NCBI GenBank assembly: GCA_964106915.2
Contig: OZ066915.1
Source of the DNA: Podarcis gaigeae
Taxonomy: Eukaryota
Reading direction: 5' to 3' (one strand)
Length of the DNA stretch: 64,000 nucleotides
In this document: one piece after another, positions 12,001 to 58,295 of the stretch
Position numbering within the stretch: the first letter of the stretch is position 1
Layout: each line of letters opens with the position of its first letter
Translations under genes and position numbers: made by a program
Notes under the pieces: generated by a model
What the model saw: the letters and a program-made list of their open reading frames with translations, nothing else
Told to the model about the DNA's origin: nothing
The model's database searches: none

Positions 12001-12444
12001 ATTAGCTCAGCATTTACTTGGTATTTTGAAATGATTTCTTAGATCTGCTGTACTTCTAACTATTTCTGGTGGTAGTTAGGTGGATAGGCATCCTGTAGAA
12101 TAACAAAGACCTAGTTATTTATAACTGTGCTGGAGCTTATTTATCATTCATAGCCAAATATTGGCAAACATAGCTCATGTTGCATCATGTCTAGTTCACT
12201 GGCACTGAATGTGCTTTTGCTTATGAAAGCATTTAAACAACAAACCATTCAAAAGCCCTCAAGACCACTGAAATGGTGATTTCTTCTCAAGGAGATACTT
12301 CAAAACTCACTAACATTCTTTAATAGATTTTTTAAATCTTGTTTTTCAAAAAGCCTTATACATAAATGCGTAAATGCTTGTATTTGTGTTTTGGGCATGA
12401 AACATGGCAGTCGGCTATACAGTACATTCATTTGAATTGAATCT

Positions 12445-12636
12445 GCACTGTATCTCAGTGATACTGCATATGCTTTGCATCCCAAAAGTTCCAGGTTAAA
12501 TCTGACATCTTGACATAGATCTGGGAAAGACTGCCTGAAAGTGTTAAACCCTGGAGAGCCACTGCCAATCGGTGTGAATGGTATTGAACTACATGGGCCA
12601 ATGGTATCACTCAGTATAGCAATTTTGCATGTTCTT
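12445..12636 (+). mobile_element. Squam3-like tRNA-derived SINE (diverged)
   Basis: gcatatgctttgcat...ccaggtt...gcctgaaa...ccctggagagccactgccaatc...gggccaatgg...ctcagtata; homologous to the copy at ~44.8 kb. Confidence 0.6.
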
Positions 12637-12892
12637 AAGAGGACATTACTGTAGTTTAGAACGTATTAGGTAATGACAGGGGTAAGTAGGAGGAAATGAA
12701 ACCACATCCAAAAATGGTGACATCCTTTGACATCTTGACATCCTTTATCCTACCAATTTCCTAGTATGTGTGATGTGTTTTGTTTTGTTTTGTCAAATGA
12801 AGGTAGAATGACCTTTAAAGATTGATATGTAAACTTCTGCCTTTGGGCAAAATGCTAAGTGTTTCAGAATAAATGTTCTTATTGTCATAGAA

Positions 12893-13098
12893 CAGGGGTC
12901 AGCAACGTTTTTCAGCCATGGGCCGGTCCACCGTCCCTCAGACCATGTGGTGGGCCGGACTATATTTTTTTGTGGGTGGGGAGGGGGGAATGAACGAATT
13001 CCTATGCCCCACAAATAACCCAGAGGTGCATTTTAAATAAAAGGACACATTCTACTCATGTAAAAATGTGCTGATTCCTGGATCGTCTTGCAGATTTA
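12893..13098. mobile_element. hAT MITE, truncated copy of the family at 63003-63257
   Basis: Near-identical to 63003 onward (caggggtcagcaa...gaattcctatgccccacaaataacccagag...). Confidence 0.85.
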
Positions 13099-13570
13099 AA
13101 ATAAATAAGTAGAGTTTAATTTTTCAAAATCACCCTTTCATAGATAGTTGATGGAAGTGAAAGAATGTATTTAACTCTGGTTTTAACACTTAGTATGTCA
13201 CTTCATTTGATCTTCAGTGGTGTTTATCCTTCTACCTTCCAAGTATATTTGCCTGAGGACAAGCTTAAGGTTTGAAAAGTCACCTGCAATGTTGGTTTTT
13301 AAAGATAATTACTGATTGAAGTTTGCTTTTGCTTTTGTTATAAAGCTTCTAATTTAGTAAATAACTGTTGCTGTTTTGCCTGCTTAAAGGTTAATTAAAG
13401 TTACTAAGTTAATTGTTTGCCTTCTAGGCATGTTTCAAATAATACTTTTTAATATAAAAGCTAAACATCATAACTAGAGCAATTTCATGATTTCCTAATG
13501 CATTCTGTCTTTAATATTCATAGTAATATTTCTCATTCTGGAAAAATGGTGCATTCTGTTTTAAAATGTT

Positions 13571-13728
13571 GGGTAGTATCCAACACTGCTATTCCGCTAG
13601 TGCAACAGACTTCCACTTGCACAACAAAATTTCCCCCTTCTCTCCTCCCTGCAGCCCTGGCATACCCTCCACATCTGCTCTAGAGGGTTGCAAGACCCAT
13701 AAGTCACACTTAGCATTAGATATAATCC
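13571..13728. mobile_element. Palindromic MITE with GGGTTGTATCCAA-type termini
   Basis: gggtagtatccaa ... ttagatataatcc; core ctgctctagagggttg shared with the copy at 18.5 kb. Confidence 0.55.
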
Positions 13729-13732
13729 ATTA

Positions 13733-13929
13733 CAGTGGTGCCTCAACTTATGAATGTGATCCGTTTCAGGGTGCCATCCGCACCCCAAAAAGTCTGTAAG
13801 TAGAGTGTTGATACTGCGCGTGCGCAAAGCACACAGATTGCTTCTGTGCATGCACTGAACTTCCGGGTTTGCCGCATTCATAACCTGAATAGCTGCAACG
13901 TGAAGCAAACGTAACATGAGGTATGACTG
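13733..13929. mobile_element. Tc1/mariner (Tigger/pogo-like) MITE
   Basis: TA|CAGTGGTGCCTC ... GAGGTATGACTG|TA; TA TSD. Confidence 0.7.
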
Positions 13930-14297
13930 TACTTCCATTCTAGTTTATAAAGGAGGGTGTTACTGAGAAGGCAATGGATTATGCAAAATACGGAAAGTGA
14001 GATTTCTTCCACTAGCTGTTAACGGTTAGGTAAGATTCAGTTTTGCAATGAACCTTTGCGAGCTTTCCAGAACCTTTGAGAGTTTACTCAGCTCACTCTG
14101 TGACTGGGAGGAGTGGATTGGCTATAAATGTTCTGTGCAATAAGTCATCAGCCAGATGTTCCTTGTGAAGAAGCTCTTCACTGTGCCCCATCAAGTGGTT
14201 ATTAGTGGCAGTTAAACTTATTGCTCTGGAAATCTTGGGGCGACCGCATACCTATGTGTTTAGAAGATACTGCACATTAAATAATCTCTTTTTATAA

Positions 14298-14625
14298 CAG
14301 GAGTGGGGAACTGAGGGCTACATTCTCTCATGGAAGAACTTCGGGGGCTTCATGCCACTGATGGATGAGGCCAGAGGCAAAAATGGATTGTGACTCTTGC
14401 CTTCTATACTAGGCTACTATCCAGTCACACAAAAGTCAGAGGTTCTATACCCACACACCCACTCCCTCCATCTAGGTTACCAAGAATCATTGTTAGAGGT
14501 CAAGGACATATTCCATTCAGACAGAAGCACTCAATGTGGGTACAGAACAGGCCTGGGGAGGGGTGTAGACTGGGGAGAGAGACTTGCTCAGGATGAATGC
14601 CAAGGGTGAGACAGTTCCCCACCCA
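14298..14625. mobile_element. Old hAT-like non-autonomous element
   Basis: caggagtggggaac ... gttccccaccc inverted termini. Confidence 0.45.
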
Positions 14626-15942
14626 CACTATATAAAGTAAGTGAATTTCATGGAGATTCCACAACTTAACTTCCTTTTGCTTGTAATAGACTGACAGCCT
14701 AGGTAGAAGTCAAATTATTGTGAAAACAGTGTTAATTGAAGTTGACCTAAGAGGATATCCAGCTTTATGATCAGAAGTGTACTCATTTAATGAGGTTTTC
14801 CTGCCACCATTTCTCCACTGCAGCCCATGCATCCTCAAGAAGCCTCTACTGAAGTTTGCAGGACTCAGGAAAGGCCCAGTACAGTATGTGACATGGGCCG
14901 CAGTGGGAGGGGGAATTACCAAAAATCAGATGGAGGCAGGTTGCACATGGTATCGCTCTAGATGACTTTTGGGAAAGAAAAGTGGTGGCCGCTATGAATT
15001 AACCCCCCCTTCCAAATTTGTTGTCTACCCTGCCCTCACCTTGGAAATCCAAACTAAAACTCAGCCCTAATTGAAAGTAAGTTAGTGTTCTGGACATGAA
15101 ACACTCTTAGTGTGACTTTGCACTCAGCACACCGTGTTCACAAACTTTCTTGTAAGTAGAATCTTGTTCTTAACTTAGATGCTTCCTTGAGCTTAAGGGG
15201 AATCCTTTTAGATTTATGGCATATATTTAGAGCAGTAGGTCAAATTAAAGCAGTGTTCTGTTACGTCAGATGTCAGTAAGCCTGTTTTATAAGGGAAACC
15301 TTCCAAGTTCTTAACCCACAAGGATCAGAAGGTCCTATTCAGGGAGGAAGTGTAGACATTTTTAGAGGTTGTTGTAAATTTGGAGATGTTTACTGAAATG
15401 TGTATTTAGAGTAGAAATGTCATTTTTAGGGAACCTAGAAACAGCAAAGCTGAGAGCATGCTACGGAGGATGGACACCAAGGAGGCTCTGTTGGGGACAG
15501 AAAGAAAGAAAAATGAGGTAGATCAATCGTAGATGGCAATGTTGTATATGGGAATGTGTGTTCATAGGCTGGCTGGTGGGAGGTGATTTGAATAACCATA
15601 AAAAATAGAAAGCTGAATTAATAACGTGTTTAATTTGATAAAAACCTTTGATTCTCTTCTCGATTGGCCTATTCTAATTATGCAGGTAACATGATCTAAG
15701 AGTAGGAGTTCGTTTAAATAATGCTTTGCAGTTTTACATATCAAAGTAATTGCATAAAGTTATACCGGTGTCATATCTGTAAGGCAAGTTGTAGTGTTGA
15801 GGCATTCCCTATCTTAAAAGGAATGCACCGGATGGTGTTAAAGGGGAGGGGGGTTCATAAGACTGTCCAGGGGGCAAAACATCATCAGTTCTTTTACCTC
15901 TGTACCCATTTAGGTAATCAAATTGTTTTTGTTCATAGCAAC

Positions 15943-49601
<33,659 letters not shown>

Positions 49602-52600
49602 TAACTGGACTGAAGAAATCTGAAGCATAGAAGATACTTTTCTTGCTGCCTCTGATTTTTTTTCAACACTGTGTCATAAAAAAATAAGGAAGACTGCCAT
49701 AATGCATTGCTTAGTGGACACTGAGATTAAGGAATGCTTTCATGTGTCTCCCAGCATCATGTGTTTGAGAACCTCCCAACCATCATGTTAATGAACTTTT
49801 TCAGTTGTTCCATTTTTAAGGTATTTAAAAAATAGTTTAAACTCTGCAATGTTTTAATGTAAGATGGATTCATTGAGCTGCAATTGGATTGGAATTCTAG
49901 TAATTATGCCTAACAAATCTGTTTTAAAACATATTTATTTTAATTTGTTTTTGAAAGCTCTATTTTTGGGCTTTTTTAAGATTTAGCAGTTTTTCCTATA
50001 AATTTTACCTGATCAAGTACTTAGTGAAGATAAAATGTAGACACTTTATTTAAGTATTTTGTGAGCTTTGTTATTCTGTAATGTCTTGTGGTGGTAGAGC
50101 TTGTAAGAGAAAGTCAGGGTTGATAGATTCTAAAGTGTAGGGATATATTTTCATGAATATCTCAGTTAAACCCCTAAATGACAGCCACAGGTTTATTATT
50201 GTACTAAGTTCCAAGGATGTTGTTCTATACATTAAGCCATTTTATTTAAGTGAGATGTAAAAAAAAAAAAAGATCTCTATGGACACTTAGCTTCAAAACA
50301 CATGTCTTAACACTAATAATATGAAAACCTTCCAGGAAGTTGCATTTAATGCAATATCAAAGTGATGTGGGTCTCACAATTGAGTTTCAGTCTGCAGGTG
50401 TAGACCAGAAATGGTTTCAAATGGACAATCTTGTGCTTTGGTGCAGCCTGTTTCCTTGCTTGTCTTTATTAGAAGCCACTAACTCACTGAAGCCACTAAC
50501 TCACTCCTACATGGAAGTGATGCTTGTCCATTTCCAGTGGTAAATCAGAAAATGTGAGCAGTAACTAAACACCCTTGGGTTTCTCATGGTTAGGTGTACG
50601 CAGTGGGCAACATGGGGTTGAGAGTAGACCTATGATTACAGGGACATTTTAAACTGTTAACGTCCAGTTGATTTAAAATCTTGCTTTTACCCCATTTTAT
50701 GACACCTTCCTTAATGTTAAGTGTTTGTGATGGGAACAGAATCTTTAATTTTCAAGGAAATAACTGTGATCAGCAAAAATCATGCGTGGAATTCTAAGTG
50801 ACTGCTTTAAGGTTACTAACCAGAGCACCTTTTCATAGAAGGTGCCTGCCTGACGAAAAGAATACTGCTTAGCATCCCTAACATGTCTGGTGTGCCTTAT
50901 GCCTTTTTAGACGAAGATTTTGAATACTGTTTACAAGAGGTTTTACACTTAGGACCTGGTATGCTGTATCCAGTTGGTCTCCTGCAGTACTTTGGTAAAA
51001 TTCCACTTCCTTTTCCTGATAACTAGTGGCTGTCATTTGTTGAGAATACACACATTGGTTGTTTGTTAGAGTCAAACTCTGAACCCCTCTCAGTGTGGGG
51101 TTGTGGAATGCTGCTTTACCTGCCCTTGTCCCTGAACCCTACCCCAGATGTAAATGTGCATGTTCAAGAAAATGATTGCACTAAATTTATGTCTAGCTGT
51201 ATAGCTATGTGCCAAAATGATGGCGAACGTTGAAAGAAGGAATAGAATTCTACATTGATTAGTACTGCAGTGTGTCCTTGGGACGTTGAGAAACTTCATA
51301 AATTATAGTCACTAAACTATAGCTTGCATAGTCAACGGAGCCTTGTGTTCGGATGTTTTGTACTTCAAGGAATGCACAGGTTCTCTTACCTTGATACTTT
51401 GAATTATTTCTGATGAAATCAACTATCCCTTGGTTCTGTATTCACAATCATTAATGCTGTTTACTGTTGCACTCTTATCCACAAGAATGCATTGTAAGAG
51501 TGGAGGGAAAAATATGAAGTCGCACCCATGCATACAAAAGATGATAAATCAAACAATATTTGAGAAAATGATGCAGCCTAGGATGATTTGCTGTGGGCAA
51601 ACTGAATTTCAGTTAAGCAGTAATGGGTGATGATGTATTAAATGGCTACATATTCTTTTGGTGTCGCTGTTTGGCCAGTGCAAATACAACTGCTGTCATA
51701 TGGAACCTTCTTTAAACCGCTTCCTTGGCAAGCAGTTTATTGTGTATGTGCCCGGCACACAGACTAAGAGAGTTTCAGATTATTTTTTTAAAAATAAAAA
51801 GAAATGGTTTCTGTGGTCCATTTCATGTGAGCTGCTTGTGTAGCGGTACCAGTCTCGTGAAGCAGTTTTAAAGCAGGCACGTTTTCATGTGCTTTGGTCC
51901 TAAGAGGTACAGCAAAGATGCTAACTCAGATCCAATGGGTAGGTTTTTCCTTAACATTCAGAAGTGCCTGGCACACTTACCATACCGAAGCCTCTACACT
52001 GTTAGCAGGAGTTGGATTACAAGCTCACTTGCTGTGTAGTGCTGCAGTGATCAGCAGGGTGATTTGGCTTGGTTTTGTACCCAGTTACCATAACTGCCAG
52101 TGGGAAAATCTCTCTTGTTTTTTTTAAAAAACATTGTTTTCAGAAGTAGAATACTCTATATCAGATTGGATTTTTTTAAAAGAAGCTTCTTCAGATGAAT
52201 CCTAGACATTTGTATGTTTAATAATTTAGCAAGGCCTCTGTAGTTTTAAATGTATACCTAAGCTAGCAAGCATTATCTTTTGTAATATATGCCTCCCAGA
52301 GGTATTATTTGTATTTCCTAAATAAGCGCAGTTCTTTTCCTTCATGATTGCAAACTGTTTAGCAGTTTCCAACCAGTTAAATTAGGAGTAGACAAAATTT
52401 CAAAAGGCCATCGAACTTGGAATTCCTTTGTCTCTGAAGTGCATGAGTAATTTGCCAAAGTTAATTGTTAAATGCAAACACATCATGAGCTTTTCCTTCT
52501 CTTCTCAAAGAGCAAAAGCAAGCTTAACATCTGCCCTTAAGATGCATTATGTGTATATTTTGAGCACTGGCATTGTGCTGTTGTCTTTGTGTGGAAACTC

Positions 52601-55075
52601 TAGAATAAGGGGTTTTATGGTTGTGTATTTACACATATCAATGTTGCTGTGTATCCCAGTGATGAGCCTTTTAGAACTGCTTAATAGTCGGACTAGGCTT
52701 GCTCAGGTGTTCAAGTAATTCTGAATTTTCTCTCAAAAGTTGCAGGGTCATAGGAGAGCAATTCATGAATGGTGGCACGAGATCCACCAGTGGAATTCTT
52801 TAGGTGTTTCACCAGCCTGCTGGCAGTGAGTGGGTGAGACACTGTAGCATTAGAAGCTACAAACGTTTCACTTCATCAGTCGATTCTGACTAGCACGTCC
52901 CCAAACTATAGATCAGTTCTGATGGCAGATCCCCTTAATAAAATGCCTAGGAAACACTGACCTTGTCGACACTTAGCTACTTCATTTTGTATCTTAAATG
53001 AACATTCAGGGTACCAGACTAAGATGACCCAGCGTGTTCAGTTCAATATGATTTAAATCTCTTGGCTGTAAAGCAGAGCAAGTGGCTCTTGACCTTTGAC
53101 AGCAGTATGCAATTTGTAATATACATGTTTCTAATACATATATCTACATACATATATAAATGAATGAACTCAAGTCTGTCCAAAGTTTGTTATACTTGTG
53201 TTAGGTTATAGTACAGCTGACTATATCAATATATTTATTGAGTGCTGAGCCATCCTCATTTTGGTGATGGTGATAAACTTTGCATATTATGCTGGAGTGC
53301 TATCAGTTTCTTTTAGATTATTGAAGCTTGATTGCTGTGATTTTATACACGAGAAACCCTGTAGTGTGTGTTATGAGCAGCCACAGCAGGTAGGGAGTCT
53401 GGATATAATGGAGGGATTGCCAAAGGCAAGTAAGACATAGCTGTAGGCAGATAACCACAAAGCTTGCCAAATCTGGCAAATATCGGGAAAGACTACTTTT
53501 GCTATATATAGTAACATTTCCCTGCACTGTAAACTTTGCAGTATTTTTTATTGAGGGGGTTTCGATGGACCTGAGCAAATCAAGTCTGAATACATTTTAC
53601 CCATACAAGAAATAAGCAACAACCAGACCAAATGGCAGAGTCCAGAATGGCAAATATTTCATAAATATTTGCGTCAAGGACAGAATGACGTTAAATTGAG
53701 TGGAAATCAGTATTGTGGGAAGTTTGGGTTTTTGGTAGCTAAGTTAATGTTGGAGATCTTTCAACAGAGTGTAGCCAAAGCTTTTACTAGTGTGCTCTAT
53801 TCAGCAACTTTCCCCCAAGACCTAGAAAATGCAGGTTAACTGTACAGAGTATGAGAAATCAGTTTCATTATTTTGGGTGGGTACTGGGGTGCTTATGGCA
53901 TTTTAAAAATAGCAGTTATGGGAAATGGGTTGATTATAACATTCTCACTGGAGTTGAAACTTTTGTAGAAACCCGAGTGTTTTTACAAAATGGCTTCTCC
54001 CGATTCATCGAGGCTTTAAGCAAACTCAGCCGAAGACCTTTTGTTGCTTCCCGCTCAGATTAATTGTCAAAGTGGATCTAATTTTGGCTTGTCTTCCCAA
54101 TTCCATGTGTAAATGTATTGACCACACATTTGTTTCTGGTAATGTAACTGAACAGAACTGGTGCCGGCAAATTGGGCTCAGACGTTTTCCTTCTCCTGGT
54201 TCATAGATCACATCAGTATTGGCAGCCAACATTCCAAGATGGTTGCACTAAAATAACATAGAACTTGGCTTCATGAGCCAGGCCAAAAGCCTCTGCAAGC
54301 ACAGTTGCTGGCATATGTATCTGGTTCCATTTTTAAATGGTTTTAAGAAGTTTTGTATATGGAGGATAAAGTGCTTATATATTTATTAAAGATCCTTTAT
54401 CATATTTGAAATTACTTGGTAAAGGTGGCTTTTCTTTTCCTTTTGGGGGCAAATGTGTTGGGAGGGGGGAAGTTGTTTTTAACCTTTGGCTTATCAATTG
54501 AAAAATATAAAAAAATCCCTTCTTGAGCATGCAGCTTGGTACTGAACATGATTGGCAGGATGGCTCTCTGTTGTATGCTTTGTACATGACATGTCCATGT
54601 CTTATACATTTTGTTACTTATCAATGTATTAGTCATCTGTTTTCAACCAAAACTAAACTTTTAAAACAAAACTGTGATCCCCCCCTTTACTTTGCAATAT
54701 ATTTGAAATTTCAAAAGGGTACTTTGGGGCTCCAAATTAGGATTTCTAAGTCAGTATGTGCATTTCACGTATGTTAATGGTGAGCAAAGTATTATATACT
54801 AACTAGATTTCCCCCCCACATCTGTATAGTATATCTATGTATTTTGTGGTATTGAGATTATAGAAAGTTTAGTGTCTGAAATATGCGTTTAATGTGTATT
54901 TTTAAACAAATTTATGGCAATTAAATATTTGGAGAAAAGGGTATCACATTTCAATTTGTAAAGATCTTTTTAACTACTGTGTCATTAAAATGCTTTGTAC
55001 AATGCAAAACTGTAACTGGAGAAACTAAGTTTAATAAATATCAAATAGATTTTCTGTATTAAACTTTATAAGCAC
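49602..55075 (+). other. AFF4: Long AFF4 3'UTR (~5.5 kb)
   Basis: AU-rich stretch with no recognisable TE after the stop codon, ending in AATAAA (55033-55038) and ATTAAA (55058-55063); end position approximate. Confidence 0.7.
55033..55063 (+). terminator. AFF4 polyadenylation signals AATAAA / ATTAAA
   Basis: Two hexamers at the end of the UTR, with upstream UGUA motifs and U/GU-rich sequence downstream. Confidence 0.6.
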
Positions 55076-55546
55076 TGTGCTTGAATTAATCCTTTTGTAT
55101 GGGCCTTTCTACAAGAGCATTACACATTGGTTCAGAAAGAATTGTTCTGTTTGAGGATGAGTGGGCAGAGTGGTATGCTGCTCCCATATGTTCCAAGTGG
55201 GGAAAACTCCATTTTATGTTTCCAGTATGCACATAATTACCCATTCCTTACTATTAAGCCAGTTACATCATTTCTCACCACACAATTAAAGTTTGAAAGG
55301 CAAACATTGTAAAAGAGATGGCATCAATTGTGGTACCAAGGTGCTTATTGCTCTTATGCTTTTTTTGATTTACCAGCTTGAGGATTTTAATGGGGGAAAA
55401 CCTATATCATTCCCTTAGCTCCTGTAGAATGGTAAAGGTCTATAGTTCAGCTTTGCTCAGGGTACTTCCGGGGTATCTTCCCAGACTGGCTTTTCCTTTT
55501 GGCTGGCATACAAGGCACATAGCAAAGTGTGTTTGCTTAACAGCTA

Positions 55547-55552
55547 TTTAAT
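55547..55552 (-). terminator. Candidate LEAP2 polyadenylation signal ATTAAA
   Basis: TTTAAT on + strand ~265 nt past the LEAP2 stop codon. Confidence 0.4.
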
Positions 55553-55817
55553 GTCTTGCATAGAAAAACATGATAAACAGTACAAAAAACAAGATAGGTT
55601 TAAGCTACTTGAGCTTCCTCTAAAGGGCTGATGATGGAAAGATGTAGCCTAAATTAAAATGTGCTTCTGACACGTTGAAGTCCTTTGTAGCTGTCCATAC
55701 AACAGAAGCTTTCATTGAAAATCTTTAAGCACATGATCTCAGGAGAGGTGATAATAAATAAACAGGGAGGAGCATTATCAAAAGCAGCAGCAGCAGTTTC
55801 TTCACCTTAGTGAACAA

Positions 55818-55854
55818 TCACTCCTGCGATACTCTTAAAGAACAGTGTTTGTTT
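55818..55854 (-). CDS. LEAP2: LEAP2 exon 3 ([12 protein letters not shown])
   Basis: tttttcag|A ... TGA; 37 nt, supplies the 4th Cys. Confidence 0.95.
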
Positions 55855-57236
55855 CTGAAAAAGAAAAAAGCAATATACAGAGAGGAATTAATATACTTTA
55901 ATACAAGCTCTGTAATATGAAAGCAAAGTTAAATGTGATTTTTTTATTTTAAAAAAACTGTTTGGTGTCTGGTATTTGTCTTAAGGGGAGAGCAAATAGT
56001 GTCACCAGCAAACATTTCATTAGCACAGAGTAATTTTGCTTTTAGAACAGCACACCAAAAATATTTTTTTCTTTTAGTTTTTGGTGCTGAGTTGATTTAT
56101 ATTTTCAGGGAATAGTCTAATCACTAGCATAAATATAAATAGCTTTATTGACTAGTCTGTGTTTTACTGTCTTGATCCTAAACTATTTTCACAGTTGACA
56201 TCTCTATGGTAATTCATCTGGCAATATTTAAAATGTTCCAGATAATCTAGACTGTATTAAAGGCTCAGTGTAGTTTAAAGTTTATTCATTTTAAAATGGG
56301 ACAATCTAAATTTGCAATTCCTATCATTCTGATTTTTTTAAATTTATTTTTTTGTGGGATTTGGAAGCTCAAAGTTCCTCATTTCTGTTCAGGATGACTC
56401 AAATGGCATCATGGAATTCATTTCAAGGAGTGAGATAGAAATTACCTGCATAGTCTTGTGGCACATTCACTGTTATCCCGGCACGCTGCTCCAATTGGTC
56501 TTGAGATCCCTCTCCAGAAGGGTGTCATTCTCTTCGGCCTTAATAGCTGAGAGTTTTGTGGATGCAGAGAGGCACAGTGTGTCTGAAACAGAATTTTAGA
56601 CAGCTGTTATCTATTTTGTTGAGGTCCATTTAGCTATTAAGCCCTCCTGTTTCTCTGCAGAATTTGACTGAAGTCTGACATTTCTATATGGAAGCTATTG
56701 TTTATTGGTGTTTCTGCACAACCGTTCTCCAGATCAGTAGGAATGTCAAAACCTAACACTTCCTACATCCAAAAATACACAACTCACTGGAGTCATTAAG
56801 TACACCGTTTTACTTTCTCAACCAGTAACTTGTACTGGAAAGATTCATTTCTATGGGACAAAAGTAGAGCTTGGGCTCTGTTGCAGTAAGGGCAAAACAG
56901 GCCTTTGCCTGGCCCAGTTAACACACACAACCTGTGTGGCAGCAAAACATGTCTGCTCCAAGTTCTTGCAATAGCCAAACCCTCCTTCCAAACACACATG
57001 GCATAATTATGAGCAGAATGCTAATAACAGCTAGTAGTCGTGCTCTCTTGATACGGCTGGTAATGCTGGTCTCTTAACTTGGCATAGCCAAGCATAAAGA
57101 CACCTGAAATGCATGCCATGCAAATAAGCTAGCATCTCCTTCCTCTTTGGAATTGAAATACCAGAAGTGTTCTTACCTGAGACAGCAGGACTGAACAAGC
57201 GAAGATGACTGCCACAACTTTCAAACACTGCATCAT
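55818..57236 (-). CDS. LEAP2: LEAP2 prepropeptide, 77 aa, 3 exons: MMQCLKVVAVIFACSVLLSQ THCASLHPQNSQLLRPKR / [39 protein letters not shown]
   Basis: Signal peptide, furin site RPKR, hallmark mature N-terminus MTPFWR and 4-Cys core; canonical splice sites; matches the known AFF4-LEAP2 tail-to-tail synteny. Confidence 0.97.
56446..56582 (-). CDS. LEAP2: LEAP2 exon 2 (propeptide and start of mature peptide; mature Met at 56528)
   Basis: tttcag|ACA ... AG|gtaat; 137 nt. Confidence 0.97.
57177..57236 (-). CDS. LEAP2: LEAP2 coding exon 1 (signal peptide)
   Basis: aaagATGATGCAG ... CAG|gtaag on the - strand; 60 nt (57 from the second ATG). Confidence 0.93.
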
Positions 57237-57323
57237 CTTTGGATAGCTGTCCTGCGACAATTGTGTTTCCCGAATGATGTTAAGTCTCTTTCAGACATAC
57301 TTGCCCAGCTGTTCTGCTTGGAC

Positions 57324-57483
57324 TTTTATAGATGCAAATTGGCATTGCATCAGTTTATCAAAGGAGCAAAGATCACCCTGAGAGGCAAAGGGATTTCATA
57401 AGTTAATGTCTACTAAACTGATAGTCCAAGGTCTGTCCTGGAGGCTAAATATATTTACTTTTCCAGCACTTGTACTTTGACCG
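57324..57483 (-). promoter_or_regulatory. LEAP2: LEAP2 proximal promoter: TATAAAA (57330-57324), DR1/HNF4-like sites (57363-57375, 57471-57483), FOXA-like TATTTAC (57452-57458)
   Basis: TATA box ~88 nt upstream of the ATG; motif matches by eye, consistent with liver/intestine expression. Confidence 0.6.
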
Positions 57484-57846
57484 ATATATCAAACATGCCA
57501 ACAGCTCCTTTTTTAAAACCTAGATCTCATCCAATGTTTCACGGTGTACCTGCAAAAGGGTCAATGGTCAGAGCAGAAAGCTTTTTTTACACACAGTTCC
57601 TTGGGGTTAATTGAAAAGAAGTGGGGTGATGGTAAGAGAGAGGATTCAAGCAATTTGGTTTTACCAGAGGGTGGTGTCTTTTTACAGTCTCTGGATGCCC
57701 ATCCAAAGGGCTACAGTCCTTTTTAAAAAAATAATATATTTTTTATTTGATTTTCAAAATATAAACCTACAATGCCTGAATAGGGAATAACTTCTGAATA
57801 AGCAGCAACACTGTGCAACAAACCTCTTCTAGCAGAGCACATAGAG

Positions 57847-57985
57847 CAGCATTTTCCAAACTTGGGTCTCCAGCTGTTTTGGGATCACAGTTCTCATCAT
57901 CGCTGACCACTGGTCCTGCTAGCTATGATGGGATGATGGGAGTTGTAGCCCAAAAACAACTGGAGACCCAAGTTCAGGAAACCTT
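57847..57985. mobile_element. Palindromic hAT-derived MITE (squamate type)
   Basis: aacttgggtctccag...tgggatcacagttctcatcatc / gatgatgggagttgtagccca...ctggagacccaagtt inverted arms; related remnants near 34.5, 40.9 and 61.9 kb. Confidence 0.7.
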
Positions 57986-58295
57986 AACCTAGAAGCATAG
58001 CACAGTGGTGAAGGGAATGAATCCCTGGTTGGAAATCTCCAACCATTAACTCATTAGAAGTACCCCAAGACAAGCCATTGTCTCTCATCTCAGCCCTCTC
58101 TCCCTGCCTGGAAAATGGAGATAAGATCAAACTGCCTTATCTGCAAGAGCTGCAAAACCTGGAATCATTGCATTTGTGGCAAGGCCCTTCCTTGCAGCCG
58201 TGATTCTTCTGCGCAAATCAGTTTTCCAGACCAGGCAGTGGGAGTGTGCAGAGTCAAGTGCAGATGAAGGGCTCTTCATCTCCACCACCTTTTTA

